Shown one piece after another: positions 56,170 through 64,000 of a DNA stretch of 64,000 nucleotides (within the stretch, counting starts at the first letter, position 1; the number at the start of each line of letters is the position of its first letter). Location of the stretch: the NCBI GenBank assembly GCA_964019335.1, contig OZ025725.1, positions 1 through 64,000 of the forward strand, in the 5' to 3' direction. The notes under the pieces are model-generated. The model saw only the letters and a list, made by a program, of their open reading frames with translations, was not told the DNA's origin and ran no database searches. This stretch comes from Diplonema japonicum (taxonomy: Eukaryota; Protista; Euglenozoa: Diplonemea). The position numbers and the translations under genes are program-made.

Positions 56170-58071
56170 ATGCAAACAGCATCTTCAGCTATCGGTGGGA
56201 AGATGGACAGTTCAGTGCGCACACCCGCAGCGCCCCCGAACCGGACCCCCAGCATGCACCGTGGAAGTGGTGTAGGGATGGGCAGCTTGGTGCTTCCTTC
56301 GGCGCTGTCGAACCCGCATAGCACCGCGGTTCCCGAGCATAGGGCCGAACCACTGACCGTGAGCATGATAAGCCGTCCTCCGACCCCGCAAGAAACTGGC
56401 CTGCCTCAAACCCTGCAGCCGGTGCCTTCGCAGCCCGCAGCCCCCCCGCAAGGGCACCAATTGACCCCTGCTAGCTTGGACACCTCACCGCCTCGTTCGA
56501 CACCATCTGTGGAGAAGTTCCCCGGACTGGAAAATTTGAAGGGTATAGATGCAGGATTCCTTGGTCCGTGGTTCGGTGCCCTGCAAAGCGTTGTGGTAGC
56601 CCTGGCCACCGAGCTGGAGACCGTGCGTAGCGAGGCAGACGATCTCAGGGAAATGCTAGGGTTCCCGACAACCAGCGGGGCCAGCCCTTTGGAGAAGCTG
56701 AACTTCGAGAGGACAGCAAAGAGAAAGGTGGTCCCGCTGTCGGACCAGATCATCGACCTGCAGAGGCTCGTAATGCGGAGCATAACAGGGAACAGGGCTC
56801 TGGCGCTGTTCGGTCTTTTGAAAGACGAAGGCAAAGTACTGAGGTCCGTGTACTTTCAGAAGCTAAGAAAGTTCGCAAGGAGGAGGAGAATGGCAATGGT
56901 GCTTCTGGGAGACTGCAAAGTGGTGCTCCTCAAGCGGTTCATGGACACGTGGCACCGGTTCAGAAAAATCTCGAAACGTGACAAGAAACGGTTAAGAGCT
57001 GTGAACCTGCTACTGAGATCAACCGCGCACGGTCTGCGCTTGCTGTACTACCAGAAGCTGAAGCGATCTCTTAAGAAGAAGCTATCAAGGTACCCCGTGG
57101 CGCGAAGACTCGCAATCATGAACGGCCGCGTCTTTGTCCAAAGGTACTACGCGAGCCTGCAAGCCTTCCCGCTCTTCATGAAAAGGCGAAGAGCGTTGTG
57201 GAACCACCTCTTGTGGATCAGCAAGATCGCCACGAAGAAGCTCGCCAACAGATACTTCGCAAAGCTCAGATGGTTCGAAACCAAGAAACCGGTGTTCCAG
57301 CAAGCCCCTGTGATATTAGGCGACAAGACAGACAAGCGTGCAGCATTGGCACACGCACTAGCAATGAACAATGAAGGTCTTACAAGAAAGGTGTACTTCA
57401 GAAAATGGTTAAAATGGCGATGGCTGTGCAAACGAGGCGGCGTAGCGAGCAGGCTAGGCGTGCTGAAGGAACGAGAAATGCTCGGGAAGTACGTTGAGAG
57501 GCTGCGGCGCTACGGTGGGATTGTAAAGCTCGCGAAGATGGAGAAGCAGCTGGACACGAGCTTGGGGAGTCTGTCGGATACAAATGCGATCTTGGACAAG
57601 GTGGTCGAGAGGCTTGTCACGGTGGAGGACTCTCTTGATGCGCTGCGTGCTCCTCCTACATCCTCTTCGTTGCAATTACCTCAACAGCCACAGCTACAGC
57701 CACAACCACAGCCACAGCCACAGCCACAGCCAGTCTCATTCATGCCTTCTGTCATTGAAGACCCGTATAATTTGAAGACGTGTTCACCCCCGCGACGTGC
57801 GGCCTCACCTCCTGTGAACCTTCCGCACCCCCTGCGAGGTGTCGCCCGTTCCACCAATGCTGGTCCCATAGCTCATCACTCCCCCACGGGTGCTCGTAGG
57901 GTGCTGGAGACCATGGAAACCAATTCCATACAGTTGGACACCATGATGAACCAGCTCCACAAACCGCACGTCATGCTCCCGCCCCCGCCCTCCGTCCACC
58001 TTCAACGTGCGCAGCACGTTCCTCTGCAAAAGCCCCCACCGCAACCTTACCACTACCAATGGAACGCGTGA
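56170..58071 (+). CDS. Coiled-coil protein with ~30-aa helical repeats (Sfi1-like) and Pro/Gln-rich ends
   Basis: Recurring L...Y(F/Y)..(L/W) units (LRSVYFQKL, LLKRFMDTW, LRLLYYQKL, LANRYFAKL, LTRKVYFRKW). The start could instead be 56203. Confidence 0.7.
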   Translation: MQTASSAIGGKMDSSVRTPAAPPNRTPSMHRGSGVGMGSLVLPSALSNPHSTAVPEHRAEPLTVSMISRPPTPQETGLPQTLQPVPSQPAAPPQGHQLTPASLDTSPPRSTPSVEKFPGLENLKGIDAGFLGPWFGALQSVVVALATELETVRSEADDLREMLGFPTTSGASPLEKLNFERTAKRKVVPLSDQIIDLQRLVMRSITGNRALALFGLLKDEGKVLRSVYFQKLRKFARRRRMAMVLLGDCKVVLLKRFMDTWHRFRKISKRDKKRLRAVNLLLRSTAHGLRLLYYQKLKRSLKKKLSRYPVARRLAIMNGRVFVQRYYASLQAFPLFMKRRRALWNHLLWISKIATKKLANRYFAKLRWFETKKPVFQQAPVILGDKTDKRAALAHALAMNNEGLTRKVYFRKWLKWRWLCKRGGVASRLGVLKEREMLGKYVERLRRYGGIVKLAKMEKQLDTSLGSLSDTNAILDKVVERLVTVEDSLDALRAPPTSSSLQLPQQPQLQPQPQPQPQPQPVSFMPSVIEDPYNLKTCSPPRRAASPPVNLPHPLRGVARSTNAGPIAHHSPTGARRVLETMETNSIQLDTMMNQLHKPHVMLPPPPSVHLQRAQHVPLQKPPPQPYHYQWNA

Positions 58072-58263
58072 GGTCCCCCCCCACCTTTTTTTTTAATAGA
58101 TCTTTTTCTTTTGTTGACTTTATGGTTTTGTGGTCCTGTATAGATAGATCCTCTTTTTTTCTTCTTCTGTTAACACCAATTCTTTTTTTCTCTTCCCGTG
58201 TCGATTTGGTTTGACGAAAACGCTCACGAAACACTACAGGCGTGGGCCAAGAGGGGGGACGAC

Positions 58264-61200
58264 ATGGCGATGTCAGGCACTGGAAAACTGGGGAAAAAGC
58301 CCGCCGGGCGGGGGTTTGGAAGCTGGGTAGCACTGGTGTTGGTATTCACAGGGTTTTTGATGATCTTTGGACTGAGCTTCGCAGCAACGATGAACAGGCA
58401 CAACCCCGCATTGCAGTACGAGCAGAGCGTGAGGGACTCACATGTGGACGGGTCGGACCCGCAGCACAGGAAGGTTGGAAAGCGGGAAGACCACGGACTC
58501 AACTCCCACACGGTGCAAGAACAACAGGACGAGGAGGTACAGCAGGATTCCACTACCAAAGGAAGTGCCATCGATGTACTCCTTGATCAGGCCAGCGCGT
58601 CAGGAAGCGGCACTGTGCAGTCGGGTGGGAGCGAGGGGGAGGAAGACGCGACATCAGCCCCGACCCCAGCACCCAAGCCGAGAGGAAAAAAAGTGAAACA
58701 CACAGCAAAGCAACAGCCCACCCCAATACCCACCACGCCCACGCCCACCGATGCAGAGGGCAACGTCATCGATCCCGAAGTGGAGGAGCTTAAGGCAGCA
58801 TTGAAACGCGCGCAAGAAAGAATACATGTTGAGAAGCAAAAAATTGCATTGAAAGAGCAACTGGCACGTGTCGCCAGGGAGCTCGAGGAAGCACGGGAAT
58901 GGGAGAAGGAGGTCGAACACGAAAGGCGAAGGGAGCGCGAACGGCAACGCGAGAAATGGGCCGAAGACGAAGCAGACCACAAGCGATGGAGACGGTCGAA
59001 TGAAAGAGCGAGAGTTGAAGAGATGCAGCAAGAAGACTACCACCAAACCAACATAAGACCAAAACAGCAAGTGGACAACACGCACAGGCTGCAGCAAGGC
59101 ATTTCGTTACAACCCAACAACGATCAGGGAAGCTGCCCGGGGCTTGCGGTGCCGCCGATCAAACATTACGCAGAGTTCCGGCAGACGGTGCAGGTTCCTA
59201 AGTACGCCTACGCTACATTCGTTACGACCGCAGACTTCGTGATACCCACCTGTGTCTTGATGCACTCCATTGCGCTGTCGGGTGCCCAGTACTCACGTGT
59301 CATCGCTGTCACTTCCGCCATCTCCGAGAACGACATCAAGCTGCTCAGCGTTTACGGACAGGTCGTGCGCATCTTGCCGATCGCGTCACCTCTGTACATC
59401 GAGAATGCAAGGTACCGAGACACCTTCACAAAACTGCGTATCTGGCAGCTCACCGAGTGGGACAAACTTTTGTACATCGACACCGATGTGCTCATTGTGC
59501 GCAACTTGGACGACGTCTTCGACCTCTCAGAGTGGGCTGTGCCGATGGACGCCATGAACGGCCGTTACTCGACAGGCATGATGCTCGTGCGGCCACGCCT
59601 TGAGACATTCCAAGACATGATGGTCTCCCTCAAGACCACACAAGTCAGCATGGAACTGCCCGACTTGCTCTTCTTGCAGGAGTTCTTCGACAATCACAAG
59701 ACTAAGATCAACCTTATCCCCAGGTGGTACCAAGTGTACCAAGAGGAATTCGGTGCCCAGCACAAAACATACCTCACCGACCAGCAGGCCCCGATCAACA
59801 TCTTCGACCCGAGGATCCATGGCATCCACTACCCCGGGGCGGGCAAGCCCTTCAACAACATCGCGCAACTGAGCCAACGGTGGGGGCACCTCCTGTGCGA
59901 CTGGATGGGCCGCGACGAGTTGAACTATGAACCACAGTTCCTTTGGTACTGGGCATACGAGCTCATGCGGCGCGACCTCAACCTGAACAAGCAGAAATCG
60001 TTCTTCACGCACGAGATGGGGAAGCTTGTCGTGGAAATCGGGGAAGCACCGATTCGCGAGGCCACACCAGCCCCCACACCTGCGCCGCCTTACTCTGCAT
60101 GGGACAGCTGGCATGACAAGAAAGGCTCTCAAGGGTCGTCCAGCCCTGTCCCTGTGGAGGGGAAGGTCACCGCAGCCCCCGTCTTCAAAGGCCTCGAGTG
60201 CAATGTCGACACGCCAGACGGTGTGATCGACATCCAGAGACTAGAGCCCATCACCATCCCCCTCAGACACACGTACGTGGGGTTTGACGGCGATGTCATC
60301 AGTTCAAGCGACACGAAGCACGAGTGGGCGTTCACATGGTGCACACCCTTCAGGATGACGCCGGAAGGGCAGACCGACTGCAGCCAGAACGGGTTTGCGA
60401 GCGAGTACTCCGAAGGCTACTGCAGGTCGTCCTTCGGTCAGGGGCTCGAAGTGTCCGTACTTGGCGACGGCGAAGGAATGTTGCTGAAGGCGGTTTCGAA
60501 AACCCCGTCTAGAACCAAGTACTTAGAAGCGCGTCTGTCATGCAGCCTTGACCCCGAGTACCACGATGTGTGGGCCAATAGCAGCACTGTTGTAGTTACC
60601 GATTTGCACAACACGACCCACTCCGACAGGCTGTACAGCGTTACACTCCTGTCGCCGTGTTTCTGCCCCGGCGTGTGCCTTAACAACGACACAGCGGTTT
60701 CCGAACTGGTGTTCGACTCTCATAAGACTCTCGACTCAGGACGCTGCGGTACAGACTTCCCCCTTGCCTCCGGTAGCCCGGCAGAATGTAACCCCCTTGC
60801 GTTCGAGGACAAGAAGGGCCCCTGCTGCTCGTCGAAGGGCTACTGCGGTGCGACCTCAGAGCACTGCACCTGCACCAACTGCGTTGACTACAGGAAGGTC
60901 TACAAAGAGGCAACTTTCAGGCAGCGAGAAGAGGAAAGGCTGCGCACTGCTATTTACGCGATAGGAGAGTACGTGGAGCCCACCCCCATGCCCACCATTG
61001 CCAGGAACATGTCCTTCGAGGAAGAGCATGGCGTGATCGAGATGGATACAGGCAGCGACGAGGTGTCCATGATGGCCGACAAGAAGGCAGAGAGCTCTTC
61101 TGCATCGGCGAAGCACTCTGGGTCTGCGTCTGGTTCAGGATCCGGTTCAAGCACAAGTACTTCCCATTCAAAATCAAGCAAAAAGGGCTCAACTTCTCAC

Positions 61201-63223
61201 AAGGAATCTGTCAAAGAGGTAAGCTCAGGGTCAGATGAAGGAAACGAGAAGGGGGCAGTTGAGAAGGGTGCTGACATGTCAGCGTCAGGCACAGGCACAG
61301 GCTCAGGCTCAGGTTCAAGCACAGGTGACGCAGGGTCATCAGATGTCGAGAGTAGCCCTGCGTACGTAGCAAGCAGCAACGCCACATGCACGCCCCACGA
61401 GGCTATGCTCGTCGAGACGTACGAAACCTGCGTCATGGCAGCCCACTTTCTGAAGGTCTCCGAGCACGCTGTCCTGTTCACGTCTCCCTGCAACATAAGG
61501 AACCCGCGTGGGTGCTACCTGCACCAGCCCACGTCCCGTGTGTACTGGAACCCCTGCGGGAACCCGTTCAGTACATCTCCCAACCGAGTAGTTATCTGCA
61601 GAAAGGGTCTGGACCCGCTGGCAACGTGCATCCAAGAACGGAAGTGGCTCTCAGGATGGGAACTTGCTTCCGTTAATTCAACGGAGCGACGCGAGACCAT
61701 CAAGATCGAGCTCGATAGGTACTATTTCAGGGCAGACCTGCCTGTCCTGAACTTGGCTGCGAAAACAGACGACGAGCTTGCCCAGCTGTGCATGCCCGAT
61801 AGTTACCTCAACAAGACCGACATCGCTCTGGGCGAGGTGCTTGAAGACGAGCAGAGAACACCGCCATCATTCGTTCGGAAAGCGGAGGAAGAAGCCAGCT
61901 TGCTGCCGATGCCCGACGTGAAGAGGAAGAGGGCGTACGTGAAGAGAAGGGCCGCGAGAAAGATATGGGAGAAGGAAGACGAAAGGGAGCAACGAGAGCT
62001 GATGGAAAACGCAGGCGACGAGCTGGGCAAGGACTACGAAGAGATGTTAGCGTACCGAAAATCGCAGGCTGGGGGACAAGTAGGGGAAGAAGCAAGAAAC
62101 TTGCTGGACGGCGAGGGCAGCGAAACAGTGACAATTGAAGAGCTAGAGGAAGAGTACAAACGCGTCATCGAGCAGGGCGACTACGACCTGGCGAAGAAGT
62201 TCCAAAAAGCAATCAGAAAGCGACGAGAGGCACTCCTCGAGGCACTGGTGCAGCAGAAACGAGCGGCAGCGGAAGAGGAAGACTTCGACCAGGCCCTCCG
62301 CCTGAAGGACGAGATCACCCTGCTGAACGCCACCATCCACGCTGCAGACCACAAGCCACAGCCTAAGAACTTCACCATCGGCGGCACCGTACGCCTCGCT
62401 GTCCCCGTCTTGTTCAAGAACGGTACAAAGCTCCCCGCAGGCTCTATTGGGACCATCGAGATGGTGCCAGGTTCAAAGAAAGTTCTGAACAGCCCAGCCA
62501 CGGTACGCATCAACGGCATTTTGTTCGACCTGCGTCCCAAGCAAGCCGTTGTGATCCACTCAACCCCTGCGGCAGAAGACGACGAGAAGGAGCATGATAG
62601 TGAAAAGGGCAAAGAAGACGAGGCGAAGGACAAGAAAAAGAAGAAGAAACATAAAAAGAAGAAGAAGACACTCGAGACCCCCGAGCCGGATGTGCTGGGT
62701 GCCGACGAAACACCGGTTCCCATAGCAGCGCCTCTGAACGCAAACACCACGAAAAACAGGAAGAAAGCGAAGGCGCCCGCGAAGACAAGCACACCGAAGG
62801 ATGCTAACACAACAACAGCAACAACAACCGAGTGCCCGACGGGGACCTTGGAGGGATGCATCGATCAGTGCCCAACTGCGACATTAAAAATGTGTGTCCG
62901 CGGGTGTGTCAACACCTGCAAGGACGACCATCACGCACCACAAGATGCGAACGCCACGAACCGTACGGCACTCAACGCCACGTGCAGTGAGAACCCCAAC
63001 CTCGTGGCCAGAAAGATCACCGTGGCCAACATCACGTTGGATGTCTTCCTCCCGAACGAGACAACTGTTGACAACACAACCCTGCGCCACGCGGTTATGG
63101 GCGCAATGCTCATGAAGCGCAGCTTCAAAAGAGTCGCAAAGCTCCGCGTGGTCGACGTGGGTGCTGGCGTCGGCATCTTCACCAAAGTCATGGCCAAGAA
63201 AGGTGGACGAGTAATGGTATGGG

Positions 63224-63261
<38 letters not shown>

Positions 63262-63642
63262 CATACGAACCAAGAAAAGCGTACCACCAAGCGTTGATAT
63301 GCGGGGGTGTCCGAGACGCCAAGAAAATGGTCTTAGCGAATAAAAAGGGTAAGTGTCTAGTCAAGATGGACAAGACCGGGGGGCAAACTGACCTTGCGGG
63401 ATACACGCTTGGATGTACTCACGGGAACAGAACAGTGTCCGCCGTGAGGGGCGACACGGAGGTGACGAAGAGAATCCATGTGTTGCGGGTTGCGACGATC
63501 GGGACCGAGGATCAGGTTCTGGAGGGGTTCAGGGGGGTCTTTGAAGGACCCGGGGTGGACTACGTGATCAGCACCGTTTCGCCCCAGTCTCTAAAAGGCA
63601 TTCAGGCATTTTTCGCCGACCTACCTGGGAAGGTATCGTGGG

Positions 63643-63680
<38 letters not shown>

Positions 63681-63789
63681 GACTGCGCTTTCGTGGACCT
63701 CTCGCTCTCTCGCTTCCCTAACTTCTCTCCCTTCTGCTCCCATCGCAACCCTTATCTACCAACGTATCACCTCCAAACCTGCATCATGA
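58264..63789 (+). CDS. Type II membrane multidomain protein: GT8 (glycogenin-like) + MRH-like + hevein-like + UVR pair + FkbM-like methyltransferase; exons 58264-63216, 63261-63632, 63682-63789
   Basis: YAYATFVT, FTKLRIWQLTEWDKLLYIDTD..IVRNLDDVF, IHYPGAGKP (GT8); FTWC/RLSC/VTLLSPCFC (MRH-like); CG...CNP..GPCCSSKGYCG..EHC; two UVR-like motifs; VVDVGAGVGIF...RVM|TYEP after splicing. Confidence 0.82.
63217..63260 (+). other. Poly(A) GT-AG intron (44 nt, phase 0)
   Basis: GTATGGG-A36-G; removal gives GGRVM|TYEP, the expected methyltransferase motif II. Confidence 0.82.
63633..63681 (+). other. Poly(A) GT-AG intron (49 nt, phase 0)
   Basis: GTATCGTGGG-A34-TACAG; removal gives a 35-aa tail ending in TGA at 63787-63789. 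Confidence 0.72.
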
Positions 63790-64000
63790 GTTTACCCCCC
63801 ATGCCCCCTTTTTTTATTTCCTTGATTTATTTCGTCTTTTGCCGTGTCACATTACGTTGTATGGCCTTTGGAAGAGCGTGAAGTTTCTTTTTTTTTTTTG
63901 TTTATACTGTTGTTTTTTTTTTTCTCTCTGTTCTTGTTATCTCCGCACACTGTGCTCAAACCTGGGCTTTAGTACTGCAACCGCAGTATTTTTCTTTTCT

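Noticed and set aside
44015-62861. Long antisense ORFs opposite real genes (e.g. 44015-44617, 50069-50842, 59527-60132, 62181-62861)
   Set aside because: Shadow ORFs of GC3-rich coding sequence with no domain signatures.

Overview
Eukaryotic nuclear DNA, most likely a euglenozoan protist (a diplonemid is my best inference). The basis is about 23 protein genes between 11.4 and 63.8 kb, all on the + strand, with pyrimidine-tract/AG sites upstream of several ATGs (SL trans-splicing-like). It also has cis-introns, a receptor-type pseudo-adenylate cyclase, a catalytically dead calpain-like protein and a 'C-x-HNxWDxVR...LRCRxC' zinc motif. Bases 1-10.9 kb are a nest of non-autonomous CAGTG...CACTG DNA transposons with apparent 7-bp TSDs, a shared ~300-bp cargo repeat, a self-insertion and strong local CpG->TpG/CpA decay. 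The most striking signal is a class of tiny (41-52 nt) GT-AG introns that are mostly poly(A) and have no polypyrimidine tract. Six of them restore conserved or coherent reading frames (PI4K-II x3, calpain-like x1, GT8 multidomain x2). Other highlights: a TIR/TTA-bounded MITE carrying a tRNA-Asp-like Pol III cassette, a duplicated RlaP-like nucleotidyltransferase, and two places where neighbouring genes could be joined in frame by cis-splicing. Intergenic DNA is dominated by long A/T/C/G homopolymers. All calls are from manual reading; no searches were run.
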